Assembly: GCA_016840085.1 (NCBI GenBank)
Contig: JAEOTA010000004.1
Span: 128,001 to 192,000, forward strand
Direction of reading: 5' to 3'
DNA length: 64,000 nt
DNA from: Promethearchaeota archaeon
GTDB lineage: Archaea; Asgardarchaeota; Lokiarchaeia; Sigyniarchaeales; SOKP01
Both the position numbers and the translations under genes were made by a program. Below are positions 10,291 to 20,390 of this stretch, one piece after another (position 1 is the first letter of the stretch; each line of letters starts with the position of its first letter). The notes under the pieces are model-generated. The model was not told the origin of the DNA. It made no database searches and was given only the letters and a program-made list of their open reading frames with translations.

Positions 10291-10426
10291 ATTGAATTTT
10301 TATTCTTTATTTTTAATTAAAATTTTTTTTCTTTTTTTCTCAGAAGAACAATTTTAGAAGAATATTAGATTAAGTATTTATAATATTGGTCTATACTATA
10401 AATAAAGATTTAAAGAGCCTACCAAT

Positions 10427-10834
10427 ATGCTGAGAAGAAAGAAGAAAGAGATTCCTTCCGATAATTTTTGTATAATTTGCGGAAGATATACTAACGATAA
10501 AAAATTTCCTCATGATAATTGGACTAACCAATTTTTCGTGTGTCATACATGTAAAAAAGTTTGGTGTGGATCCTGCATGGGACAAATTACAGGTCACGGT
10601 CCTAGAAAAACTTTTAATCTGGGGAAAAAAGGGAAAGTGTCATGTCCAGATTGCGGAAATTTTGCCGCAATGGTTAAATTACCTGAAAATTTACCGTTTA
10701 AACAAACTAAACCTCAAGAATTAGCTTTAATGAACTCTGAAAAGACTGTAAGTAAAAATTATTGTAAATTTTGCGGTGAAGGCATTCCAGAAAATGCTGA
10801 TTATTGTCAAGTATGTGGTGCCAAACAGAATTAA
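10427..10834 (+). CDS. multi-zinc-ribbon protein
   Basis: Six CxxC pairs incl. C-terminal CKFCG..IPENADYCQVCG zinc ribbon. Confidence 0.8.
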   Translation: MLRRKKKEIPSDNFCIICGRYTNDKKFPHDNWTNQFFVCHTCKKVWCGSCMGQITGHGPRKTFNLGKKGKVSCPDCGNFAAMVKLPENLPFKQTKPQELALMNSEKTVSKNYCKFCGEGIPENADYCQVCGAKQN

Positions 10835-11171
10835 AATTATTTTTAAATTTATTATATTATAAATTGAACTCTATTAATGGATAATTAATGCCTTTTTTTT
10901 GAACGATAAATTATAAAGAAAAAGATTCTCCCATTTTTAAAGCTAAGATTTCGATATCCGAACAGGATTCTAGAGTATCTTTAAGAAGTTAATTTCCCTT
11001 CTTCATAAGGAACTTTTCAGGATCTTTTATAATTAGTACACCTGCTATTATGTTTAATCCTGCCATTTTAAACTTATGAAAGATCAATGGAAATATGATA
11101 AAATGGAATAAAACCAGTATTTTTAACTCTGGTTTTTTTATCATGGGGATTTTTTGAAAAATTAAAGGAGA

Positions 11172-11360
11172 TCATCCTTCTTGACAATGGGGACGATAAA
11201 AAACTTGCCCTCTTCCTACTCTAAGTTTCTCTATACCCGAATCACAATCAGAACAAGTCTTTCCTTTCATATTGGATCTCATAGCGGGTACATATTGACA
11301 TTTTTTACCGTACAAATCAACAAACTGATATTTACTCCTTATTCTTATCCGTAAAAATGC
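11172..11360 (-). pseudogene. remnant 3' end of Fpg/Nei DNA glycosylase (Zn-finger)
   Basis: Manual translation RIRIRSKYQFVDLYGKKCQYVPAMRSNMKGKTCSDCDSGIEKLRVGRGQVFYRPHCQEG*, resembling the Fpg C-terminal CxxC..I.K....G.....CP.CQ with the third Cys lost; stop upstream and no start. Confidence 0.55.
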
Positions 11361-11488
11361 CTAAAAAAAGAATAATTAAAAATTTTTTAATTTCATTGAA
11401 AAAACGTAAAAGAGATGGTCATTTTTCCAGTTTATTTTTGATATGTACAGCGATCACAGACACCTTTGTTAAATACATATTTAATATT

Positions 11489-12322
11489 TTAATCTAAGCC
11501 TTCCACATCTAATGGTGCACGTGGCGTAGTCCTGATGTATTTGATTGCTGGATAGCCTAATGTCATCGCTCCTAGCACGAGTCCTTTAATTCCTAATATC
11601 TCTAATATTTCTTCCTTTTTTACAGATATAGCTCCTAAAAGAACGTTCATCCAACAAGTTCCTAAACCAAGACTCTCTGCGGCAAGTCTACCATATGTAA
11701 TAGCGATACCAGTATCAACTCCCCATATAGCATACATAGTATTATTTGGAATTTTTCTTTCTAAATAGAGAATTATAACAATCGGGGCTTTATTAAATAT
11801 ATCTTGTCTACCCATAGAATCAAAATATTTCTTTGCTTGTTCATATGAATTAAATCCCCAATATCGATACATTGTTCTTGATATAACATCACCTAATTCT
11901 TTGATTTTTTCTGGATTGGAAAGAACTTTATATTTCCATAATCTTGCGTTACCAGCACTTGGGGCATATCTCATTGCATTAAATACTTTATCAATTAATT
12001 CTCTTGGAACATCCTTCTTTTTATAATTTCTGGTTGAGCGGTTCATTCTTAATAACTGCAATGTCTTTTCATAAGAGACGATCTGTTCTGAATATGTCTC
12101 TACATCATCTTCCCAGTTAAAATTGCGTTTTATTGCATCTTCAGGACAAGCAGCAATACAATGTCCACAAAAAATACAGCGATCGGTGAGATTTTTATAT
12201 ACAATATTCCCAGATGAATCCTCTTGAAAATACCTTCTATCACATACTTTTAAGCAGATTTTGCATTTTGAACATAATTCTTGATTGATCCCTGCAATTA
12301 ACATAGTTATTATAGAACTCAT
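11489..12322 (-). CDS. nitroreductase family protein with N-terminal 4Fe-4S dicluster
   Basis: CSKCKICLKVC, CIFCGHCIAACP, RSTRNY, APSAGNAR, LGLGTCW. Confidence 0.9.
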   Translation of the reverse strand: MSSIITMLIAGINQELCSKCKICLKVCDRRYFQEDSSGNIVYKNLTDRCIFCGHCIAACPEDAIKRNFNWEDDVETYSEQIVSYEKTLQLLRMNRSTRNYKKKDVPRELIDKVFNAMRYAPSAGNARLWKYKVLSNPEKIKELGDVISRTMYRYWGFNSYEQAKKYFDSMGRQDIFNKAPIVIILYLERKIPNNTMYAIWGVDTGIAITYGRLAAESLGLGTCWMNVLLGAISVKKEEILEILGIKGLVLGAMTLGYPAIKYIRTTPRAPLDVEGLD

Positions 12323-12644
12323 AAGAATATAAAATTATTTTTCAAATTTCTGATTTTTCAAATCAAGGTTTATATAGAAAAAAAGGTATCAAATCTTACT
12401 TAGTCGATAGAGGATATAAATGAAAAGATCAATAAATCTAAATAGTTTTTTTTTTAATTTAGATAAATCCCGATCTGTCAATTATTTATAACACATTAAG
12501 CAATCCGACATAGAGGTTTAATCTCATGTGATGGAGTCTCCTTGTTAAAAAATTCTAAGATTTAGGTTAATAGTTCAATTTCATTAAATTATAATCAATT
12601 AACTATTAAGTCATCAATCCATTATTTTTATAATAATTTAAAAT

Positions 12645-13151
12645 TTGATGACAATGGCTGTAAAAAAAGGAGAATGGATAAAAGTCGAATACATAGGGAC
12701 TTTTGATGATGGGACAATGTTCGATAGTACAAAATTAAACGGAGGGAATCCTTTAAAATTTCAAGCAGGAATGGGACAATTAATTAATGGATTCGATGAC
12801 TCTGTTATAGGTAAAAATCTTAATGAAGAATATGCGATTAGACTTGAACCATCCGAAGCCTATGGTGAATATAAGGAAGATATCACTCAAGAAATTCCAA
12901 AAGATCAATTTCCTAAAGGTCCTGAGCTCCAACCAGGTTTGATGTTGATGATTATGGGACCACAAGGTCCAATGCCTGCCACAATAAAGTCAATTGAAAA
13001 GGATCATGTTGTTATTGATCTAAATCATCCAATGGCAGGTAAGGTTTTAAATTTTAAAGTTAAAATTATTGACACCAATTGTGAGCCTGATCCACCCAAC
13101 ACATGTGATTGTGGGCACGATCATAACCATGAACATGGTGGATGTTGTTAA
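12645..13151 (+). CDS. slyD: FKBP-type peptidyl-prolyl isomerase SlyD with His/Cys metal-binding tail
   Basis: GTMFDST, GQLINGFD, PSEAYGEY, IDLNHPMAGKVLNF; tail CDCGHDHNHEHGGCC. Confidence 0.92.
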   Translation: MMTMAVKKGEWIKVEYIGTFDDGTMFDSTKLNGGNPLKFQAGMGQLINGFDDSVIGKNLNEEYAIRLEPSEAYGEYKEDITQEIPKDQFPKGPELQPGLMLMIMGPQGPMPATIKSIEKDHVVIDLNHPMAGKVLNFKVKIIDTNCEPDPPNTCDCGHDHNHEHGGCC

Positions 13152-13214
13152 TTTTTTTAGGAATTCAAATTTTTAGCATTACATTTTTTTTGTTTTTTAT
13201 TATTTATTCTGATT

Positions 13215-13547
13215 CTATTCAGGTAAACCTTTAAGGAAATCGTCCATCTTTTGTCTATAATCTCGAAATGCATTTCTACCTTCATTCGTTAGACTAAGGA
13301 GAGTGCGAGTCTTCTTACCAACAAATTCCTTTTTAACATTTACATACCCAGCATCTTCGAGCTTAGTAATATGGGAAGATAAATTTCCCCAAGTCATACC
13401 AGTTTGATTTTTCAAGAAAATAAAATCAGCTCCTTCAACTACATAGAGATAAGACATAATCATCAAGCGAGCAGGCTCATGTATTATCTTATCTATTTCT
13501 ACAGGATAAGGAATATCATCGCTAATTTTTTTTGCGTCCTTAGCCAT
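13215..13547 (-). CDS. winged-helix transcriptional regulator (ArsR/MarR-like HTH_34 type)
   Basis: IHEPARLMIMSYL...MTWGNLSSHITKLEDAGYV..KK.F.GKK.RT...LT.EGR.AF. Confidence 0.9.
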   Translation of the reverse strand: MAKDAKKISDDIPYPVEIDKIIHEPARLMIMSYLYVVEGADFIFLKNQTGMTWGNLSSHITKLEDAGYVNVKKEFVGKKTRTLLSLTNEGRNAFRDYRQKMDDFLKGLPE

Positions 13548-14205
13548 CTGTCACCTCCTGTTTTGGTATGTCTTTTGGTAAAGGAAATTGTTTTAAGAAA
13601 CGAATAAAATAAATTAAACCAATTATAAGTATTACTCCTCCAATGCCGCCAAAGATGAGAATAGTATTCAAAGGATTACCTAAGGTCGGTTCTAGTAAGT
13701 AAGTCAAAAACAGTCCTATTCCTAATGAGAAAGCATAATAATATAATCTTGTGAAATCCAAAAAGTATGCTACTACGCAAAAAGGAAACGTGAAAAATCC
13801 AAATCCTAATAAAAGAAATATAATATATTGTTCGATTTGAATATAGCTTGTTATCCCCGAAAAAGGCAGAATGAATAAGATAATGTTTACAATAAATACA
13901 ATAAATAGAAACAATTTCAATTTTTTTTGTTTTGCCTTGCGCTTTGGTCCAAATTTTACAAATCCAATACGTGGGACTGTGATGTATTTTTTACCAAAAT
14001 AGAATATCAGAAAAGCAAGAATATTCACTCCTAAAGCTGGAATAATATCATTCCAAGGATCTGGTATATTGAGAAGTAAGCTAAATAATGGTGCAACTCC
14101 TATACTTAAAATAATCAATGAAAGAAATATGTCCCAAAGACCATCTTCAAAATAACGTTGGTACACTTTTTTCTCGAGTACTTTTAAATCAATATCTTCT
14201 GTCAT
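13540..14205 (-). CDS. 6-TM membrane protein, tandem paralogue 3
   Basis: IDLKVLEKK...DGLWDI...KKYITVPRIGFVKFG...FLKQFPLPK. Confidence 0.8.
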   Translation of the reverse strand: MTEDIDLKVLEKKVYQRYFEDGLWDIFLSLIILSIGVAPLFSLLLNIPDPWNDIIPALGVNILAFLIFYFGKKYITVPRIGFVKFGPKRKAKQKKLKLFLFIVFIVNIILFILPFSGITSYIQIEQYIIFLLLGFGFFTFPFCVVAYFLDFTRLYYYAFSLGIGLFLTYLLEPTLGNPLNTILIFGGIGGVILIIGLIYFIRFLKQFPLPKDIPKQEVTDG

Positions 14206-14208
14206 GAT

Positions 14209-14847
14209 CTATGCCATCTCCTCTTTTAGTAGTGGATATTTTTTAAGAAAACGCACAAAAATTACTAACCCCATAAAAAAAATGATACATCCAATGATTC
14301 CAAATGAGAAAAGCCATCTAATTCTATAATCAGTGGAAGTATAAAATAGTTCATTGATGAAAATAGCAACCCATATTAGCATTCCTATTAAATATAATCT
14401 TGGATATTTAAGTAAATAAGCGATTATAATGAAAATAGGCATAAAAAATAAGCCTATAAGTAATATAAAAATAATTCCTCCTACTTGTATTCCAGAACCT
14501 ATACCTATAAATGGTAAAATAAAGATAATTAATAAAAGTATAAAATGTATTAAAACAACTACGAATATTTTCTTTCTAATAGATCTTAGTGTGGGACCAG
14601 GTTTGGCAAACCCCATTCTTGGTTGTATAATGTATTTAACAACAGTGAAAACTAATATATTAGCTATAATAATAAGGATTAGTGGCCATAGAAAATATTT
14701 ATATGGTGCAGGTAAACTCTCACGGAAAATAGGACCAAACGCCATTCCTCCAACAACAAAACCGATTATCATATCAAAAAAACCGTGTTGGTGAGCTGTT
14801 TTAAGTACGTTTTTCTCAATAGTCTTCAAATCAATATGTTCTGACAT
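14209..14847 (-). CDS. 6-TM membrane protein, tandem paralogue 2
   Basis: IDLKTIEK...HGFFDM...KYIIQPRMGFAKPG...FLKKYPL. Confidence 0.8.
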   Translation of the reverse strand: MSEHIDLKTIEKNVLKTAHQHGFFDMIIGFVVGGMAFGPIFRESLPAPYKYFLWPLILIIIANILVFTVVKYIIQPRMGFAKPGPTLRSIRKKIFVVVLIHFILLLIIFILPFIGIGSGIQVGGIIFILLIGLFFMPIFIIIAYLLKYPRLYLIGMLIWVAIFINELFYTSTDYRIRWLFSFGIIGCIIFFMGLVIFVRFLKKYPLLKEEMA

Positions 14848-15489
14848 CTATTCAGTCATCTCCTCTTTTGGTAATGGATATTTTCGAATAAATTTAATCA
14901 AAAATACAACTCCTAAGAATATAACAATACCACCTATAGTACCGAAGGTTATTATCGTGTCTAAAGGTTCTGGTATAAAAATTGCTAATAATTCAGACAA
15001 AAAGAAACTTATCCCAAACAAAATCGCGTAAAAATATAATCGGGGATATTGCAAGAAATAAGCAACAAAGAATAAAGGAGCTGTTATAAATAATAAGCCA
15101 ATTATTAATCCATCTAAAATTCCTGGAAACCTAAGTATTGAATCTGGATTTGTAAACCTTATTAAATTAATAATTAATAAAACAATAAAATTGATCGCTA
15201 ATATAATAATAGTCTTTATCTTGCGAACTTTTTGTTGGAATCCAAATTTAACAAATCCAAGTCGAGGTTGGGTAATATACTTTTTCCCTAGAATAAAGAA
15301 GGTTAACCCAATTCCAAGAAAAATTGCTACTATTATAAAATCTAAAGGATCAGGTAAAATATGACTTAAGGTCATGCCCATACCAATTCCTAAAATTACT
15401 ATACCAAAATAAATGTCTAAAATTCCATCTTCAAGTGTAGATCTCCATGTTTTTTTCTCAATTTCCTTTAAATCAATATTTTTTTCTAT
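14848..15489 (-). CDS. 6-TM membrane protein, tandem paralogue 1 (apparent ATA start)
   Basis: Frame extends 36 codons above ATG 15381 with the family N-terminus IEKNIDLKEIEKKTWRSTLEDGILDI; GGTGA SD lies 6 nt before ATA 15489; in-frame stop at 15498. Confidence 0.75.
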   Translation of the reverse strand: MEKNIDLKEIEKKTWRSTLEDGILDIYFGIVILGIGMGMTLSHILPDPLDFIIVAIFLGIGLTFFILGKKYITQPRLGFVKFGFQQKVRKIKTIIILAINFIVLLIINLIRFTNPDSILRFPGILDGLIIGLLFITAPLFFVAYFLQYPRLYFYAILFGISFFLSELLAIFIPEPLDTIITFGTIGGIVIFLGVVFLIKFIRKYPLPKEEMTE

Positions 15490-15709
15490 TTTTTTTCACC
15501 TTTGAATTAACACTAGGATATTCATTTCAAATACAGCATAAGAAACATTACAAAAGTTGATATAAATATAATGATTATAATGAATCTAATGAGTAAATCC
15601 TTATCCTCTTTTCTCCTCCCTTTCATTTATTTTTTTTTATTCTTTAATTGATAACATATCAGAAAAAAAAAAGAAAAAAAAATGTATATATTTTTCAGCT
15701 TAGATTTTA

Positions 15710-17392
15710 TTATTCCAATTTATTCAATTTTTTCATGCCAACGTACATCAGTGGAATGCCAATACCAAGATTATAGAGAAATACAGGTCCTAATAGAATA
15801 AGTCTAGCTAGCACCATTGAATTTGGATGAAATACAATTAGCAGAAATATAGGCGCAAATATTACAGGTTGCATTATAAGCATTGAAATCATTGCATTTC
15901 CTTTCATATTCGAATCTTTTTCTCCAAAGGCAGGTGATCTACATTGTAGACCTACTGCTTGAAGCATGCAAATTTCCATGTTTGCCAAGAATAGGAAAAA
16001 GAAAATCAAGGTCTCTATAATATCAATAGTAATGAAGAATGAACGTAATACCGTTATGAATATAGTTATAATAATACTAAGTATGAAAATGCTTATTAAG
16101 TAGGAATAGACAGCTCCTTTTATACCTCGTGGTGATCTCTTGTAAACCCAGACGATATCCTTTGAATCTATGAATATAAGATGTCCTAAGATTATGCTTG
16201 CCATTGCCCCTCCTATTATTATTAACATTGATGACCTCATCATTAATGCTCCTACATCCTCATCCATTCTTGACATAAACCAGGTCATAAATCCAAGAAG
16301 ACCAACTACGTAAGCAATTCTAGCAATATTCGACTTTTTCCTGAAAAACCTCTTTAATTGCATGACGGTTAAGCCTCCATATTTACGACCAGATATTTTT
16401 CTTATGAATCTGTACAATATATTTTCAGGTTTAACAATCGTTATGCTACTCTTTTCAATACTACCTTCTAAAGTATAAAAAGATTCAGCTTTTTTATATG
16501 AAATGTATAATGTAGCGACAGGGACGCCAATTGCCAGTAATATATTAATCCATATATTTAAAATGAAGGGTTCAATCAAAGCTGCATCGATACTATATAA
16601 GATAATATTTGAAAACCAAAGAGATGGGTAAAATGCCAACCAATTTTTTAGTTCTGGATGTGCCATTAATTCATTCAGGAAAAATATCACTGCGTACATT
16701 GTTGCTACCATAGCAATTGTTATAATCCATATTAATATCTTCCCTAGCTCCCTTGCTTTTTCGCTTTTAGAAATTTTATGTTCAATCCAACTTACCATAA
16801 TTGAGCCGACTAAATTAGCAAAATATACAAAGCCAAAAATAGTCCCATAAATTATAAGGTATTGAACAAATGTTAAACCAACGATAGGATTTATCATTCC
16901 AATTACAATTGGAGCAAAAATTAAAACAGCTATCGTATAAATAGGAGCCTTTCCTAAAAACTCGCCAAGGAATATATCATTCATTTTAACAGGTGTAGCT
17001 AACAATGTTTCTTTGGATCCTAATTCTTCTTCCCCTTTATATACATTGTTTAAAGGATATACTATCAGTATTAAAAACAATGTCATCATGAAAGACTCGA
17101 TGAGTATTGCGACAACAGGTTTGAAAACATCGGAGAATTGAGCGGCTAATGTTGGTATAAATAAATCAAAAAGAAGGGGAGCAAAGATGAAAGCCCACAA
17201 AGCTAGGATGCCATATAACACAACGAAAAATAATATTCTATGATTTCTAGTCCAACTTGTTCTAAGCCTAATCTCATTCTTAGCAATTACCTTCCATAGA
17301 CTCTTTTCCATAGACTTTGTCTCAATTAATTTGTCCTCCACAATCTCTTTAACAGATGACTCAAATCTTTTTTCAGTTGTTAAAACTGTCAT
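15710..17392 (-). CDS. ABC-2 type exporter permease (two-repeat, ~12 TM)
   Basis: Many TM segments, ETLLATPV...IFLGEFLG motif; follows the ABC ATPase; start at ATG 17392 with GAGGT SD. Confidence 0.75.
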   Translation of the reverse strand: MTVLTTEKRFESSVKEIVEDKLIETKSMEKSLWKVIAKNEIRLRTSWTRNHRILFFVVLYGILALWAFIFAPLLFDLFIPTLAAQFSDVFKPVVAILIESFMMTLFLILIVYPLNNVYKGEEELGSKETLLATPVKMNDIFLGEFLGKAPIYTIAVLIFAPIVIGMINPIVGLTFVQYLIIYGTIFGFVYFANLVGSIMVSWIEHKISKSEKARELGKILIWIITIAMVATMYAVIFFLNELMAHPELKNWLAFYPSLWFSNIILYSIDAALIEPFILNIWINILLAIGVPVATLYISYKKAESFYTLEGSIEKSSITIVKPENILYRFIRKISGRKYGGLTVMQLKRFFRKKSNIARIAYVVGLLGFMTWFMSRMDEDVGALMMRSSMLIIIGGAMASIILGHLIFIDSKDIVWVYKRSPRGIKGAVYSYLISIFILSIIITIFITVLRSFFITIDIIETLIFFFLFLANMEICMLQAVGLQCRSPAFGEKDSNMKGNAMISMLIMQPVIFAPIFLLIVFHPNSMVLARLILLGPVFLYNLGIGIPLMYVGMKKLNKLE

Positions 17393-17399
17393 TTTAAAT

Positions 17400-18239
17400 C
17401 TACCTCGATTTTTTGGTTTTCTTTTTTCTTTTTGTTTGCTCTTTATTGTTATATTCGTAATTATTAGAGTTTCCATTTCTCCAAGCTAATAAATCATCGA
17501 TATGAGACGCCCCAGTAATTTTCAAATATGCATCTTCCAAATCTTTCGCACCAACCGAATCGATTATTTCTCTTGGAGTACCTTCAGCTTTTAATTCACC
17601 ATTAATGATAATACCGATTATATCACAGAGTTCTTCAGCTGTATCGAGAAGGTGGGTGCAAATGAAAACAGTTTTGTCTGCCTTTTTAACAAGTTCCGAG
17701 ATAAGATCTTTTACCATTCTGGCTGCAGCAGGGTCTAAATTTGATGTGGGCTCATCCAAAAAGAGTATATCTGGATCTTGAATCAATGCCGCGCATAAAC
17801 AGACTTTCTGCTTCATACCTCTGGAATAACCTTCTAAAAGATCGTTTTCTCGACCCTCTAAATCAAATATCTCTAATAATTCATCAATACGAGTTGAAAT
17901 CACATTTTTTGGCAAATAATATAACTCTCCGATAAACTCTAAGAATTCTCGTGCTGTGAGTTTAGAATACAAACCAGGTGATTCCGGTAAAAACCCACAA
18001 ATCATCTTTACTTTCTGACTTTCTGCTACAATATCATACCCTCCTACCGATGCATTTCCTGAAGTTTTAGAAATTATAGCATTAAGCATCCTGACAGTTG
18101 TAGTTTTCCCAGCACCATTTGGTCCTAATAACCCATAAGTTTTTCCATAAGGAATTTGTAAATTTAATCTATTCACTGCGTGAATATTACCAAAATTCTT
18201 GCTAAGATTTTGAGCCTTAATTGCGTATGCTTTACTCAT
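17400..18239 (-). CDS. ABC transporter ATP-binding protein
   Basis: GPNGAGKTT, YSRGMKQK, LFLDEPT, H-loop. Confidence 0.95.
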   Translation of the reverse strand: MSKAYAIKAQNLSKNFGNIHAVNRLNLQIPYGKTYGLLGPNGAGKTTTVRMLNAIISKTSGNASVGGYDIVAESQKVKMICGFLPESPGLYSKLTAREFLEFIGELYYLPKNVISTRIDELLEIFDLEGRENDLLEGYSRGMKQKVCLCAALIQDPDILFLDEPTSNLDPAAARMVKDLISELVKKADKTVFICTHLLDTAEELCDIIGIIINGELKAEGTPREIIDSVGAKDLEDAYLKITGASHIDDLLAWRNGNSNNYEYNNKEQTKRKKKTKKSR

Positions 18240-18281
18240 ATTTTTTTACCTCTTTTTTTTTTGTTTTTCTAAATTTTTGTA

Positions 18282-18497
18282 TTATTTTTTTTTTAGATTA
18301 TGATTAAAATTTTGATTTTTTTCTTTAGAATATATAATTAAATATGTTAAATTTGTAGTAAGAGAAAGCCCAGTAAAAAGACCTTCAAAAAAATCCATGA
18401 TTGGCAATTCTAAATTAATTATTCTTAATATCAACATAATTACGAGTGAAAACGTGCCGATGGCAAGCATGATTTCTTTTCGTCCTTTAACCAGCAT
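18282..18497 (-). CDS. small 2-TM membrane protein
   Basis: 71 aa, two hydrophobic helices, DFFEGLFTGLSL; co-oriented in the operon. Confidence 0.65.
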   Translation of the reverse strand: MLVKGRKEIMLAIGTFSLVIMLILRIINLELPIMDFFEGLFTGLSLTTNLTYLIIYSKEKNQNFNHNLKKK

Positions 18498-18498
18498 T

Positions 18499-18732
18499 TT
18501 ATTGTACCTCCTCCATTTGTCTTTTTAATTCCTTTTGTCTCATTTTTTCATCTAATCTTTTCTGAGAGATAATAGGAATACATATTACAGCCCAACTTGG
18601 GATAAAAATAACAAACGGAAAATCCGGGTCAATAATTCCAGCAATAATAGCTATAAGATATATGACACTCGACAATACAGCTATTATAATTATGGCTAAT
18701 ATCAGCCTTTCATATTTATCCATATTTTTCAT
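18499..18732 (-). CDS. small 2-TM membrane protein
   Basis: Two TM helices, GGAG SD, first gene of the operon. Confidence 0.65.
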   Translation of the reverse strand: MKNMDKYERLILAIIIIAVLSSVIYLIAIIAGIIDPDFPFVIFIPSWAVICIPIISQKRLDEKMRQKELKRQMEEVQ

Positions 18733-18799
18733 CACTCCTTTTATTTAAACCTAAATTGAACTAATCCATATATTTTTAAATTTTATTATTTTGGTTCCT

Positions 18800-18821
18800 T
18801 TGGGGCTTTCCTGAGCCCCAA
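18800..18821. other. GC-rich hairpin at the probable 5' end of the ABC operon transcript
   Basis: TTGGGGCT-ttcctg-AGCCCCAA, perfect 8-bp stem. Confidence 0.5.
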
Positions 18822-18841
18822 TATTAAAATAGGTTACTTAG

Positions 18842-18899
18842 TATTTAAACTTTGCGATACAAAGTTGTGCCTATAACAAAGTAAAATTCAATACAAAGT
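18842..18899 (-). promoter_or_regulatory. TATA box with overlapping palindromic operator
   Basis: TTTAAATA on the minus strand at 18849-18842; AACTTTG-N5-CAAAGTT at 18848-18866 plus two further ACAAAGT half-sites (18876, 18893). Confidence 0.55.
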
Positions 18900-18968
18900 A
18901 TAATAATTTCATTTTAAATCAACAAATTTACCATTAAACCTTAATTTTAGATTTAATTATTTTATAAT

Positions 18969-20258
18969 ATGAGTGATAATGTTTATATTATAGGAGTCGG
19001 TCACATCAAATTCGGTAAGAACCCTGACAAAACTATGAAAAGCATGACTGGTGAATCAGTTGAGTTAGCGTTAAAAGATTGTGAGCTGGATAAAAAAGAA
19101 ATTCAGGCGGCATGGTTTAGTAATTCTGGTTGGGGTCAATCAGAATTCCAACATTGCATACGTGGGCAAGTTGCTTTAAGTGCAAATGGTATTGACAGAA
19201 TCCCAATAATCAACGTGGAAAATGCTTGTGCGGGGGGGACTACTGCATTCCATGGGGCATGGACAGGAATTAAAGCAGGATTATATGATCTTACCTTAGC
19301 AGTCGGAACAGAAAAAATGTATTTTGAAAAACCTCCTTTAGGTGCTCGTGCTAGTGGAGGTGGACCTTTAGGTGGTCGAATGAGTGGATTTATATCCGGA
19401 ACAGATGTTGAAGCCACTTTAAAAATGATAGAGCAATTGAAAAAGCAAATTGCAGAGGGGAATAAGCAAGCTACAAAGGAAAAAGCTGGAAAAGATGAGA
19501 AATCAAAAAAGAAGGATCACAGTATTTTTATGGATTTCTATGCAATGGGCGCTCGACATCATATGCAAACATATGGAACTACTCAACGACAAATTGCAAT
19601 CATTGCAGCGAAAAATCATAATAATTCTACAATGAATCCCTTAGCGCAATATACATTCCCTCAAACTGTAGAACAAGTTATGAATGATTATGAAGTAGCT
19701 TATCCTTTAACAAGAGCCATGTGTGCTCCCATTGGTGATGGATCTGCTGCGGCTATACTATGTTCTGCGAAATACTTAGAAGAGAATCCACATTATAAAG
19801 AAAGAGCTGTTAAAGTACGTGCTTCTATTTTGAGATCTGGTTCATGGCAAAGATATGATGCAGTCAAACTTGCTTCTACTGCTGCTTATGAAATGGCTGG
19901 TCTTGGACCAGAAGATATAAATGTAGCAGAAGTTCATGATGCTACAGCTTATGCAGAACTAGATTTAATTGAAAGGTTAGGGTTCTGTCCAGTTGGGAAA
20001 GGGGGTCCATTTGTAGAAAGTGGTGCAACTGAATTAGATGGAAAAATTCCTGTTAATACTAGTGGTGGTTTATTAGCTCGGGGACATCCAATTGGAGCTT
20101 CTGGTCTTGCTCAAATATATGAAATGATTACGCAGCTACGTGGAGAAGCTGGTAAGAGGCAAGTTAAAGATCCTAAAATAGCTTTAACTCATAATGGAGG
20201 AGGTAATTTAGGTCCTGGAGAAGCAGCACTTTGTGTCCATATTTTTGAGAAACTCTAA
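18969..20258 (+). CDS. thiolase family protein (acetyl-CoA C-acyltransferase, SCP2-type)
   Basis: VENACAGG, AEVHDA, NTSGGLLARGHPIGASG, HNGGG. Confidence 0.92.
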   Translation: MSDNVYIIGVGHIKFGKNPDKTMKSMTGESVELALKDCELDKKEIQAAWFSNSGWGQSEFQHCIRGQVALSANGIDRIPIINVENACAGGTTAFHGAWTGIKAGLYDLTLAVGTEKMYFEKPPLGARASGGGPLGGRMSGFISGTDVEATLKMIEQLKKQIAEGNKQATKEKAGKDEKSKKKDHSIFMDFYAMGARHHMQTYGTTQRQIAIIAAKNHNNSTMNPLAQYTFPQTVEQVMNDYEVAYPLTRAMCAPIGDGSAAAILCSAKYLEENPHYKERAVKVRASILRSGSWQRYDAVKLASTAAYEMAGLGPEDINVAEVHDATAYAELDLIERLGFCPVGKGGPFVESGATELDGKIPVNTSGGLLARGHPIGASGLAQIYEMITQLRGEAGKRQVKDPKIALTHNGGGNLGPGEAALCVHIFEKL

Positions 20259-20390
20259 GTAATTTCTTTTTTATTCTTTTATATCTAATTTTACGAATTT
20301 TATCTATTTAAAAACTGAAAATAATTTTTCATGTATCTTGTTTCTAATTCTTAATACTTACCAAGAAACTCTGTATTATTTAAAAGGTAG

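Noticed and set aside
12505-12534. small hairpin with CCGA/GTGATG resembling a K-turn or SECIS
   Set aside because: No flanking C/D boxes and no TGA-containing selenoprotein gene nearby.
15710-17476. 588-aa start for the permease overlapping the ATPase by 77 nt
   Set aside because: ATG 17392 has a GAGGT SD and removes the overlap.
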